From the IMG/VR virus record IMGVR_UViG_3300023210_000012: a stretch of DNA of 64,000 bases; one strand, 5' to 3'. Below the pieces are notes generated by a model. That model was not told the origin of the DNA. It searched no databases and saw only the letters and a program-made list of their open reading frames with translations. The translations under genes were made by a program, and so were the position numbers. The stretch comes from an uncultured virus (IMG/VR IMGVR_UViG_3300023210_000012) (lineage: Duplodnaviria; Heunggongvirae; Uroviricota; Caudoviricetes). This document shows positions 35,121-45,089 of this stretch, piece after piece; position 1 is the stretch's first letter; each line of letters begins with the position of its first letter.

Positions 35121-37685
35121 ATGAGCATCGAACTTAGCCCAACCGCACGGCTCCTGACACGGTCCACATTTTTCGGCAAAGACTTCGACACCCATCGTCA
35201 GGAGATCATTGATGCGATCAACGCCACATTTGGCGCAGATGTAGCATCAAACATCGTCGCATCTGAGCAGGGAGTCATGCTCATCGAGGCGAACGCTAAC
35301 GCCCTCTCTACCCTGTCGTGGTATGGAGATCGTCAGGGCGATGACGTCACACTTCAATACGCACGCTTGCGTTTTGCGGCCGTCACTATCGCCCGTCAGT
35401 TGGGCTACAAGACCACCTCGTCAGTTCCAGCCGTAGTTGATGTAAGAGTCCAGCTCGTAACAGCCCCTCCAGTGCAACTCACCATTCCGAAGGGTCAGAA
35501 GGCGTCCGGACCTGACGGGCTAGGCTTCGAGACCCTAGCGGATCTCGTGTTTGATCCTGGTCAAGTTGGCGCTGGGCTGCCCCTGGGCATGAACGTGGTC
35601 GAACTGGTCATCGATCCAGCGACACCAGCGACGATCTATGCGGCCACAACGTCCGGAGTGTTGAAAACACTCTCATCCGGTACGCTGTGGAGTTCTGCCA
35701 ATAGTGGTCTGAGCAACACCAACATAACGGCGTTGGTTATTGATCCGCTTTCACCTACCACCCTCTACGCAGGGACGCTTACTTCTGGGGTCTTCAAGAC
35801 GACAGATGGCGGACTAACGTGGGGACCCTCCAGCACCGGCTTGTCGAACATCAAGATAACCGCGCTTGCAGTCGACCCGGTTACCCCTTCGACGCTTTAC
35901 GCCGGGACAAACGCTGGCGGGCTGTACAAGTCAATCAACTCAGGGACTACGTGGTCGTCGGTCAACGTAGGAATCATTGATTTTGTCATTCAGTCCATTG
36001 CCATCGATCCTGTTACCCCGGCTACTATCTACGCGGGAATGTTCAGCGGGGGAGTATTCAAGACCATCAACTCTGCCCTGTCATGGTCCGCATCGAACAC
36101 CGGGCTCGCAGATACCAACGTCACAGACATCGCCATCGACCCAGTCACCCCCGCAACGATCTACTTGGCTACCGTAGGCGGGGGGATCTACAAGACGACG
36201 ACATCTGGTGCACTCTGGGCCCAGACTAACGCCGGTTTCACCGCAACCTCCCCAGTAGACATTAAAATCGACCCGGTCACCCCATCGATCATTTACGCGG
36301 CATCAAGTGACTCTGGTGTCTTTAAGACCGTCGATAGCGGCGCAAACTGGGCCACAGCTGTTTCTGGTCTGACGGCCACGAACAATCAGGCCCTTGCTAT
36401 TGATCCGTTGACCCCGGTAACCGTCTACGCTGGGTCAACCGATGGCGGCATCTTCGTGTCGATCAATTCAGCAGTCACATGGGATCCGATCAACAATGGG
36501 ATTGATGATCCGATCAAGATCGTTCAGATGCGGGAGGGGAGAACGCTTCAGGCTGTGTTCCGTAGCACTGGAGAGCCGTTCCAGATATACGAACTCTCTG
36601 TACCGGGAACCTCTACCATCGCCCAGGGATCGCCTGTTACCTCAGTAGCTGGCATTCTGTGGCCGGAGACCGCTCTACTAGCGTATGAGCAGACTGATCA
36701 GGTTGAGATCGAGTATGGCCTGTCCCCTCCGCGCGTGATCTTCGGCGATGGTATTGCCGGAAACATTCCACCTAAAGATGCGGAGATCATCGTCACGTTC
36801 TTCGTAACATCTGGCGTATTTGGGTCGATTGCCTCTGACACGATTGGAAACTTCACCACTCCAATTGTGGCCGGGACGACCACCATCTCGACCGTGCTCT
36901 CAAACACGTCCCCGTCTACTCCAGGGTCTGACCCAGAGCCGCTGAACAGCATCAAGGTCAACGCCCCTCAAGTATTCCAAGCAGCTGGACGGGCGGTCAC
37001 GGCTGACGACCTAACGGGCTGGATCAACTCTTACGTTGATCCTGTGTTTGGCGCGGTATCTAAAGGCCGTGCCACATCGCCTAGGTCAGCTATTGCTGAC
37101 GCTGAAGCCCAGAGCATTATTGCTAGCCTGATCGCCCTCAACGTCCCAACCTCGCTCACAACTCGCCTCTCGGACTACGTCGAAGCTATCCTGTCATCAA
37201 ACTGTTCGGCTAATGTGGTCAACGCGCAGATCCTCGCGGCCGATTCGATCGGGCGCTACGTCCCTGCCAGTGAAGGCCTGGCAAGAAACCTAGCGACGTT
37301 TTTGAATGGTATCGCTGAAAGCACTGTGGAGGCGGTCGTAACAGATGGTTCCGTCAACCTACTATCGGTGGATGCCATCATTGGTGTCAAAACCCTTAGT
37401 AACATCACCAGTGATGAGATACGAATCGGCATCGTCGACAATGTTCGTACGGCAGTTCAAAGTCTCCTGATTGGTCGGGAGTTTGGCGACTCTCTTAGGG
37501 CTGGAGACCTCTACCAGACAGTCGAGGCTATCACGGGGGTCGACTATTCCCACATCACAGTGGTTGTGCGAAACAACATCGGGGACGATATTAGCTCCAC
37601 CAGACTCAACTCGTTCGGCGATCTCGAAATCTCGGAGTTCGAGGTGATTACGATGGGCGCTTCTCCTGATATATCGCTCTTGTAG
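35121..37685 (+). CDS. Baseplate wedge protein (gp6/J-like) with an inserted 7-repeat beta-propeller
   Basis: KDFD, IARQLGYK, VIFGDGIAGNIP and RAVTADD motifs; seven IDPxTPxTxYA...GxxKxxxSGxxW repeats. Confidence 0.82.
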   Translation: MSIELSPTARLLTRSTFFGKDFDTHRQEIIDAINATFGADVASNIVASEQGVMLIEANANALSTLSWYGDRQGDDVTLQYARLRFAAVTIARQLGYKTTSSVPAVVDVRVQLVTAPPVQLTIPKGQKASGPDGLGFETLADLVFDPGQVGAGLPLGMNVVELVIDPATPATIYAATTSGVLKTLSSGTLWSSANSGLSNTNITALVIDPLSPTTLYAGTLTSGVFKTTDGGLTWGPSSTGLSNIKITALAVDPVTPSTLYAGTNAGGLYKSINSGTTWSSVNVGIIDFVIQSIAIDPVTPATIYAGMFSGGVFKTINSALSWSASNTGLADTNVTDIAIDPVTPATIYLATVGGGIYKTTTSGALWAQTNAGFTATSPVDIKIDPVTPSIIYAASSDSGVFKTVDSGANWATAVSGLTATNNQALAIDPLTPVTVYAGSTDGGIFVSINSAVTWDPINNGIDDPIKIVQMREGRTLQAVFRSTGEPFQIYELSVPGTSTIAQGSPVTSVAGILWPETALLAYEQTDQVEIEYGLSPPRVIFGDGIAGNIPPKDAEIIVTFFVTSGVFGSIASDTIGNFTTPIVAGTTTISTVLSNTSPSTPGSDPEPLNSIKVNAPQVFQAAGRAVTADDLTGWINSYVDPVFGAVSKGRATSPRSAIADAEAQSIIASLIALNVPTSLTTRLSDYVEAILSSNCSANVVNAQILAADSIGRYVPASEGLARNLATFLNGIAESTVEAVVTDGSVNLLSVDAIIGVKTLSNITSDEIRIGIVDNVRTAVQSLLIGREFGDSLRAGDLYQTVEAITGVDYSHITVVVRNNIGDDISSTRLNSFGDLEISEFEVITMGASPDISLL

Positions 37686-37698
37686 GAGATAGGAAACA

Positions 37699-38712
37699 AT
37701 GGCCGACCTAACCCCACAAAATGAATTCCCGATCCCGACAGAGTTCGAGGAGCCCTACTACCCGACCATCAAGTCTTACTTTCTCGCTACCGACATGGCC
37801 GATTGGGCTCTTGCTGAGAACGATAACTTTGTGTGGTCCGGAGGTGGGTCTTTCTCCTGGAGCGCCACTACGGGCGCTCTTATATGGTCGAACCCAGTGG
37901 AAATCCGCACCAAGACAACGGTCTGGAACATCACCATTCAAGGTCCGCCTGCCCCCGGTGGTTCTGTAGTACTACTGGATGGCGAGTGTGCCTATTTCAA
38001 GCACCCCCGACTGCTCGTTGGAAATCAGATCGCCTCTCTAATTGTTGGCCCGATCACTCTAATTCCTGGCACACGACTCCACGACATCACTCTCCTCGCC
38101 ACGCGGGTAGGGACAACTGTATTCTTCGCTGACGGAAAGTCCCTGAAGGATGGAGAGTCTGGAGAGATATTCGGTGGAGGCACCGGATCTACTGTCCAAC
38201 CACACGAGCATCAGACGGCGAAGATCATAGAGCCCCCACTTTCAGGGACATCAATCCTTGATCTGAACATTGCCAGCTTCGCCCCGGCGCTCCTCAAGCG
38301 GATTAGGCTCTTCCGTAACGGCGAGTTCCAGAGTGAGCCAGATGATTACTCTGTAGACACTGGTACCGGACTGGTCACGCTTGTAGTACCCAGCTTTCGG
38401 CCGAACCTCCTCGATCCGGATCCAGAGCGATTCGTCATCTTGATGGAGACCTTCCCTCCAATCATTACTACCGGCGATCACCAACATATGGCGCCGCGTG
38501 TCGTTGATCCCCTCTCAGGGACCTTCCAAATCGACATGCTTGTCACATCTCTGGATTACCCAGCTCTGCAGCGCATCGAGTTCCACCGAAACGGTTCGAT
38601 CCAATCTGCTCCAGATGACTACACACTGGATCTACCATCTGGTCTGGTCACGATCACCATTCCTGCGGTTACCGGTGAGAGGTTCACCGTCTTCCGCGAG
38701 GTCGAGTTCTAG
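37699..38712 (+). CDS. Putative baseplate/tail structural protein with a duplicated C-terminal domain
   Basis: Two HxH...RNG..QS.PDDY..D...GLVT units; AGGAG RBS; located in the tail operon. Confidence 0.6.
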   Translation: MADLTPQNEFPIPTEFEEPYYPTIKSYFLATDMADWALAENDNFVWSGGGSFSWSATTGALIWSNPVEIRTKTTVWNITIQGPPAPGGSVVLLDGECAYFKHPRLLVGNQIASLIVGPITLIPGTRLHDITLLATRVGTTVFFADGKSLKDGESGEIFGGGTGSTVQPHEHQTAKIIEPPLSGTSILDLNIASFAPALLKRIRLFRNGEFQSEPDDYSVDTGTGLVTLVVPSFRPNLLDPDPERFVILMETFPPIITTGDHQHMAPRVVDPLSGTFQIDMLVTSLDYPALQRIEFHRNGSIQSAPDDYTLDLPSGLVTITIPAVTGERFTVFREVEF

Positions 38713-40520
38713 TGCCTGATTCCTCTATCGGTTGGGGACACAATCCGTTCGGAAGTCACCAATTCGGGTTTGGTGATTGGGCCGAAGAGATGCTCTGGAA
38801 AGCTATTCCAGAGACTTACAGGGATTGTGATGAAGAAGGTCCAACAGGAAGCTCGGTCCAGCAGCCACTAAGAAAGTTCCAATCGGCGCTCAAACCGTCC
38901 TACCAGGATCTACGGATCAAATGGCACCAGTTTTTAACTCTGTGGGATGCGATCAGGGTTCCGTTAGACCAACTCCCGCAGCTGGCCTACAACGTCGGGA
39001 TTACGGTCGATCCAACCAAGTCTGAAGGCCTACAGCGAAGCTCGGTCCTCAATGCCAGCACACTCTGGGTGAATAAGGGCACCGATAAGGGTTACGACAT
39101 CACTGCCGCATTTGAAGGACTGCTCGTTACGACCACCCCACTGTGGGCCCAGACCTGTGGGCCTGCGGACCATGTTCTCAGCACTATTGGAGAGCTCGCA
39201 ACTCCGTTCGATCTTTCCACAACTCTCCTCAATCCACGTCCTATCGGCCCTGGAACCTTACACATCAACGTGACCACGAAATACGGTATTTCGGAACAGA
39301 TCAGCGATGACGAACTTGGTTCGCTATTCGGAACTGGCAATCAGCAAAACGGTCCACTTACTCGCATCGATATTACCCCTACTACTACTCTGTCTCTCAC
39401 GTCAATCGTCGGGCTTTTCGGAGTCGGCAACACGGTCACCCAGGGCGCCACAACCGGGACGATCATCGCCATAGGTGCCTCCTCTATCAATGTTGTCACT
39501 ACTGCTGGCGTGTTTGGGACAGGCGCTATCCTCGACACCACGTCTCTCGCTACAGCTACGGTTACCATCACCTCGCCAGATGTAATCGCTGCTGGGGATA
39601 CGTTCGTAGGAGAAACATCTGGGACTACCGCAGTTCTCAGAGACTTCAAAACGTCTTTCATGATCATTGACCGGATTACCACGCTTGCCGGGTTCACTCC
39701 CGGAGAAGTTCTGCGCTGTCTGACGGGCTCAGGCCGCGCTATCGCCGGAATTACCACTCAACTAGTGCCTGGTCCTCTACGGGCTCGCCTTACGCTCTCA
39801 GCCATAGTTGGCGCGTTTATCGCAGATGACGAGGTCACTGGCGGCACTAGCACCTCTGTAGGGTTGGTGGGAAGTGTCAGCGGATCAGCTATCAACGTCG
39901 AATTGATCACTCTCCCAGGATTTTCTGTTGGGGAAACTATTACCTCTGGGGCCAACTCGGCCACCATTGACGCAATCTCGTACGGCACAATTGATTACAT
40001 CGGCGGATCGATGGTCGGAGAGACTGTGCCTCTTCTGGCCGGTTCCACGGTTAACTTCGTTGTCGAACTACTTACTGCTGGCCCTACCCAGTTCTTAGCG
40101 TCCTACGATGAGGTGAGTGCGGACCTCCTGCCTATAGACCTCATCAAGACGGACAGATACGAAGAATGGCCCGACACGCTCAGACCTGTGAGAATTAGGG
40201 GAGGGATCATCACCGATGGTGAGTGCCGGTCTCACTCACTGAGACTCTTCTTCTTTACCCCAGACAACACCGAAATCGAGAACTTTACCGATGTCGCGGC
40301 CCGAGTTCTGCTCGCTCTAGAGTCTTTTAGGCCGATTCACGTCGAGTTTGATAAAATTTCGTTCGATGGGGCACGTGCGTCATCACAGGTGTGGCGGATA
40401 GCTGGGGTTAATGCGGACTCGTCCGCAGCTGCCGTGTGGTCAGCTTCAGTGGTCGGAAATCAACTAGCAACTTCGCAGGTATGGACAACCGGTCCTGTAT
40501 CAGCAGACGTCGCGGTCTAG
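38712..40520 (+). CDS. Baseplate wedge / tail protein I (gp7-like)
   Basis: QLPQLAYNVG, LWVNKGT and RPIHV; Gly/Thr-rich repeats. Confidence 0.65.
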   Translation: MPDSSIGWGHNPFGSHQFGFGDWAEEMLWKAIPETYRDCDEEGPTGSSVQQPLRKFQSALKPSYQDLRIKWHQFLTLWDAIRVPLDQLPQLAYNVGITVDPTKSEGLQRSSVLNASTLWVNKGTDKGYDITAAFEGLLVTTTPLWAQTCGPADHVLSTIGELATPFDLSTTLLNPRPIGPGTLHINVTTKYGISEQISDDELGSLFGTGNQQNGPLTRIDITPTTTLSLTSIVGLFGVGNTVTQGATTGTIIAIGASSINVVTTAGVFGTGAILDTTSLATATVTITSPDVIAAGDTFVGETSGTTAVLRDFKTSFMIIDRITTLAGFTPGEVLRCLTGSGRAIAGITTQLVPGPLRARLTLSAIVGAFIADDEVTGGTSTSVGLVGSVSGSAINVELITLPGFSVGETITSGANSATIDAISYGTIDYIGGSMVGETVPLLAGSTVNFVVELLTAGPTQFLASYDEVSADLLPIDLIKTDRYEEWPDTLRPVRIRGGIITDGECRSHSLRLFFFTPDNTEIENFTDVAARVLLALESFRPIHVEFDKISFDGARASSQVWRIAGVNADSSAAAVWSASVVGNQLATSQVWTTGPVSADVAV

Positions 40521-40530
40521 AGAGGGTTAA

Positions 40531-42153
40531 ATGGCTAAAGCGTTTGCGCTAAAGAGGTCGACTGGCCAGCCAGTAACCATCAACACGGTGGAGGCTACGG
40601 CCACAGATTTAGGCACTGTCATCACTGGCGTGCAAACTGCAGCGCCATTTCCAGCGCGTTGTGTGAATATCTACACCGTATTCCAGGGAAATCCCCTGAT
40701 ACTCGTCGTGTCCGCCGTCGGGGACATAGAAGTTCACCAGCTGATAGCTGGGACATGGTCCGTCGTTGCTGGGCCGTTCTCTCCTCTAGTTGGGCATGTC
40801 CTTACGCCAATCTGCTTACAGATCGTCAATGACACCGTTGTGGCCCTGTGGTCAGACGAAGCGGGCGCGGGGGACGGAATCTCGGTCTCGTCGTCTACTG
40901 ACGGAACTACGTGGTCAACGCCTTTGACTGAGCTGGCCGTAATCGGCGCATCAAACGGTGGAGACTCAATCGTATATCGTGGCGCCATTTGGTTTGCAAC
41001 GGCGATTGGTCTGTGGAGTTATGCGCCCCTAGCCAGGTTCATTACGCTCGCCGGTATCGTAGGGGCCTACACAGCAGGTGAGACCGTTACCGGAAGCGTT
41101 AGCCTAACTACAGGTGTGGTCAGGAGCTTCAGCGGTTCCCTGCTTCGCATTGATACGGTCTCAGGAACTGGCTTTGCCATAGGTGATGTAGTCACCGGTC
41201 TTAACAGCGGTGCCACTGGAAACTTTTCGTCGAGCACATCATTCGTAAACGCTGCACCGGATACCGGAAGCGACACGTTCCTTACGGGAGCATCGGGCTC
41301 AGCGAACCTGCTCGGGAGCTTTGCAAGCTGGGATGGCAATCTCTACTTTATGCAGCCGAAGACGGTCAATGGTCCTATCAGGATCTACTCGCTCGACGCG
41401 AGCTGGGAAGCCCCTCTCGTTGTCCCTGCCCCGCAGTGGACGGCTGTCATCTTCACAGGAGTCGGTGACGTTGGTATCGCAACCGTATCGGGAGATGCCG
41501 GTATGTGGTCGATGTTCGTCAACAAGACTGACGACCTCTGCTTGTTTTACTCTGGGTCTGGTAGCACCAAGTTGGCGAAAACAACCAGTAAGCTATTTCC
41601 TCTTTCGTTCTTGGATCTGACAAACACTATCCTCCCCTCAGCGATAGCGGCCAAGACGAGCCTCGGCATTACGCTATACACCGATGACCGACGCCGCGAT
41701 AACATTCTTCAGACTCTTTTGATCCGCGACCTGAACGCAGGGACGACTCTAGTTACATCCTGGGATGGGGCCTCCGCTCTTGTAGAAGAAGGGATCATTA
41801 CCGGGTCCGACTTTCTTCTACCAGCTACGCGCACAGGCGAAGGCGCAACCTTTACAAATCTGCAGCCAACGGTCCACATCACAAGTGCCGCACAACCTTT
41901 CCCTGGTCGGGTTAGGATTGATTACATCGTAAAGGCCGATCCGGCGCGTACTGTTGGAATACTCCCTGAGTATTCAATCGATGGAGACCAGTATTTCCCG
42001 ATGACGCAAGGTGATGCCGATAGCGGCGTAGACAGTCTCGCAGCGACACCATCTGGCGATCCTTACTTCTTTAACTGGGATACGTTCGCCGACCTTGATG
42101 GTGACTTTGATAACCTACTCCTTCGCATCGTAGACAGGATTACTGGGGTTTAA
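40531..42153 (+). CDS. Putative tail/baseplate-associated structural protein
   Basis: 540 aa, beta-rich, with GxYTAGETVTG repeats; in the tail operon. Confidence 0.6.
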   Translation: MAKAFALKRSTGQPVTINTVEATATDLGTVITGVQTAAPFPARCVNIYTVFQGNPLILVVSAVGDIEVHQLIAGTWSVVAGPFSPLVGHVLTPICLQIVNDTVVALWSDEAGAGDGISVSSSTDGTTWSTPLTELAVIGASNGGDSIVYRGAIWFATAIGLWSYAPLARFITLAGIVGAYTAGETVTGSVSLTTGVVRSFSGSLLRIDTVSGTGFAIGDVVTGLNSGATGNFSSSTSFVNAAPDTGSDTFLTGASGSANLLGSFASWDGNLYFMQPKTVNGPIRIYSLDASWEAPLVVPAPQWTAVIFTGVGDVGIATVSGDAGMWSMFVNKTDDLCLFYSGSGSTKLAKTTSKLFPLSFLDLTNTILPSAIAAKTSLGITLYTDDRRRDNILQTLLIRDLNAGTTLVTSWDGASALVEEGIITGSDFLLPATRTGEGATFTNLQPTVHITSAAQPFPGRVRIDYIVKADPARTVGILPEYSIDGDQYFPMTQGDADSGVDSLAATPSGDPYFFNWDTFADLDGDFDNLLLRIVDRITGV

Positions 42154-42155
42154 GC

Positions 42156-44696
42156 ATGGTAGCCGGACCAGTTCAAGTTTTCACAAAGGACGACGTCAAA
42201 GCGCGTTGGACTGAACGCTATACATCAGATGCCATCAACAAGAAATTCCTCGGGCTTCCCCGTGGGATCTACCTCGGGTTTGTCCCGTCCCCTACTGGAG
42301 CTGTTCTCGATCTCAAGGTCGATAAGGCCATCACATTCACTACGCTGGTAGGGTCATTCGTTATCGGAAGCGCGATCCTCGGCGGTATTAGCGGAGCGAC
42401 CGCAACCATCCGCGTAATCAGCGATGGCTACATCCTCGTAGACAATGTGGTCGGGATATTCCAAACAGGGGAGACCGTCACTAGTGGTCCTATATCCGCT
42501 ACGGTGGCACTCTTCATAGAAGAGGATGTTTCTATAGGGCGTGTTGTCTCCAGTTCTGCACTATCTGCGGGCCGCAGTGATCGCATGCTGGATGTGGTAA
42601 CCACAGACACCACCTCGCTGGACTTCACAGGATTCAGCGACGGCACTTACTACGTCATCCTTCAGGCGTCTTACGAGGTTGGGGCCGCGACTCTAGGCTC
42701 GATTATTACCAGAACTACCCCAGAACCGTCCGGCGCTGCGGAGGTCCTGATCTGTGTCGTGACAAAGGTAGGAGCAGTGCTGACGGTTGCTGCGACAGCA
42801 CCCGTGACACGACACGAGCCCGTAGCGTTCGACGGCACTCGGATCGGCTTCATGCCGGGCGGCTCGATCACCAAGCTGATCGCTGCCGCGATCACTACAG
42901 AAGAGGTAATCGCGTCACGCCAACTCATCGATGGAACTGCTGGGAGCACGTTCGACTCGCTCTTTCCTCAAACGACTGGACTCCCAGCGCGTCTTAAAGC
43001 TGATCTGTCTAACGTAAGCATGGCAGGGAGACTGGGTAAAAATCTCATCACTGTCAGAGGCAACGAGTTCACACTCGCTGCCCCTGGAACCTCTGCTAAC
43101 GTCTCCGGATCATTTGCGGCCCGCAATAGGGACTTTGAGCCGTACAAGGACATCTCCCCTGCTACCGGAATTAACTTACCAGCAGGAGTGCCCGTAATCA
43201 TTGCTGACGATGGATCTGAGTTCATTGACGTAGTGATCACCGGACTGGTTGGAACCTTCACACCGGGACTCCTCATAACAGGAGCTACGAGCGGTGGCAC
43301 TGCCATCGTTAAAGAGGTGGTCGGGCTCACACTCACGTTAGGTGATTTTGTCGGATCACTCTTTGTCGGCGAGGTAATTAACCAGAGCGGCCCTCCTGCG
43401 GCAACGGCAACAGTCTCAACCGTGAGCCTAAGAGAAGGTGCCGTTACAGAGGTCTCTGGGGCCGTAATTGAGAGCCGGAACGTAGCAACCATTGTCGACT
43501 CCGACACTGGTCAGAAGCTCGTCAACACCACCGGCCAGATCATCTATGGTCGAGTGGTCTACGGTCCTGGCGGGGCAAGTAATCCAGGAGCCCTGACACT
43601 GGCGGCGGGCCAGCAACTCAACTTCACGGCGAGCACGTCGACGGTAGTTGTAGCTGCGGGAACCATCAACACCCCAGCGGATCTCGACGTTGGAGACATC
43701 ATCGAAGGCGATGATGGAAGGTTCTACGAGATATCCTCGGTCACCGGCGGTCCGATCACGAGCTTCGACACTCCAGTCGCCAAGCCTTACGTTGGCCCGA
43801 CCGCGATCAACGTCGGCAGCATGACCCGGCATCGTTACATTCTTGAGTTCTACACAGTGGTCGCTGGCGCTGAAGTAGCGGCTACACTTCCAGCCGGTGA
43901 CTACCAGTTCTATTTCCCAGCGTGGTTTACGGCAGAGAAATCAAACTTCAATGCGGCCCTCGACGCGCAACCAGGCGAAGCTCCTCTGTCGGTCAGGGCT
44001 CAGTATGCGGGCACGGACACGGGCTCTACCCTAGGCGCAACGGCAATCAGTGCGCCTCAGGGAGTGCTCAACTTCATTGAAGGGGCGGATATTGGACTCG
44101 TCGTCAAAGACGATCCAGCAACAGGGCGGATCAACATCACTATCAGGTCGACAGCGGTAGCGCCTCCTGCCGGACTGGCGCTAGAAACAGGGACCCCACC
44201 CTTGATCGAAAGTGGGTCTGGCGCTGCTAACCCTCTTGGAAGTCTACTTGCCTCAGCATCAGACCACACTCACCCAGCCTCTTTAAAGGTCGATGTAGTT
44301 CCTCTAGCCTGGGCCAACTCTTTGACCGGTCAAAGTACCGGCGTCGTCTCCTTTACCCCTCTCTTCGGCTTCGTCATCTTCTCCGGATACACGACTGTCA
44401 GAAGTATCAGTGAATCTGCGAACAGCTTCGGGTTCATCACCGGTGCGGGTCAGTGGGCGGTCGGCGGCACCCACATGGCCACAGGTGGCGGCAATGGGCA
44501 CGTCCATACCACGTGTACAGCTTCAGGAGAGATTGCTGGAGTGTTGGATGCCCTCACAGGTGGGTGGGGGACATCCTTCCAAAACAATGTCGGTTTCTCC
44601 GCTGCCATAGTCTCGTCGGCCCTCGGGGCTGGCGGTATAACACTGACACCATCCCTGGCCATAACTGGCGGCGCAGTTGTGATGTTCGTTGGTTAG
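42156..44696 (+). CDS. Putative tail fibre / receptor-binding structural protein
   Basis: 846 aa, Gly/Thr/Ala-rich; SDHTHP fibre-type motif near the C-terminus. Confidence 0.6.
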   Translation: MVAGPVQVFTKDDVKARWTERYTSDAINKKFLGLPRGIYLGFVPSPTGAVLDLKVDKAITFTTLVGSFVIGSAILGGISGATATIRVISDGYILVDNVVGIFQTGETVTSGPISATVALFIEEDVSIGRVVSSSALSAGRSDRMLDVVTTDTTSLDFTGFSDGTYYVILQASYEVGAATLGSIITRTTPEPSGAAEVLICVVTKVGAVLTVAATAPVTRHEPVAFDGTRIGFMPGGSITKLIAAAITTEEVIASRQLIDGTAGSTFDSLFPQTTGLPARLKADLSNVSMAGRLGKNLITVRGNEFTLAAPGTSANVSGSFAARNRDFEPYKDISPATGINLPAGVPVIIADDGSEFIDVVITGLVGTFTPGLLITGATSGGTAIVKEVVGLTLTLGDFVGSLFVGEVINQSGPPAATATVSTVSLREGAVTEVSGAVIESRNVATIVDSDTGQKLVNTTGQIIYGRVVYGPGGASNPGALTLAAGQQLNFTASTSTVVVAAGTINTPADLDVGDIIEGDDGRFYEISSVTGGPITSFDTPVAKPYVGPTAINVGSMTRHRYILEFYTVVAGAEVAATLPAGDYQFYFPAWFTAEKSNFNAALDAQPGEAPLSVRAQYAGTDTGSTLGATAISAPQGVLNFIEGADIGLVVKDDPATGRINITIRSTAVAPPAGLALETGTPPLIESGSGAANPLGSLLASASDHTHPASLKVDVVPLAWANSLTGQSTGVVSFTPLFGFVIFSGYTTVRSISESANSFGFITGAGQWAVGGTHMATGGGNGHVHTTCTASGEIAGVLDALTGGWGTSFQNNVGFSAAIVSSALGAGGITLTPSLAITGGAVVMFVG

Positions 44697-44714
44697 TAAT
44701 CGGAGAGTGACAAA

Positions 44715-45089
44715 GTGCTTGGTGATCTACTCGGTTTACTCGGTGGGCTGTCTAATCCGCCAACAGGCCAGCCGACCGCACCCATCAGTCTAAGTATCCC
44801 TAGGGATCATCCGATGGCTCAGGAGATCCTAAATGCGGCCCAAGCTCTAGCAACTACTAGAGAGACCGCATCAAAGGTGGTCTACCGGACTGGAAAGCTA
44901 GACCCGGACAAGTGCGTAGAGGACTTCCTCGTAGTGCTGAGGAAGCTCGCCAAGTACGAAGGCCTCGACCTCGACGCAGAGATCGACAAGCTGCGCAGCG
45001 TGCAACCAGGCGTCGGGAACGGACTCCTCGACATCGCTAAGAAGCTGGCTAAGAGTGAAGGGCTAGATATCCCAGGTATCCTAGGCTAG
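44715..45089 (+). CDS. Hypothetical protein
   Basis: GGAG RBS; internal repeat KLAKxEGLD x2. Confidence 0.6.
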   Translation: MLGDLLGLLGGLSNPPTGQPTAPISLSIPRDHPMAQEILNAAQALATTRETASKVVYRTGKLDPDKCVEDFLVVLRKLAKYEGLDLDAEIDKLRSVQPGVGNGLLDIAKKLAKSEGLDIPGILG

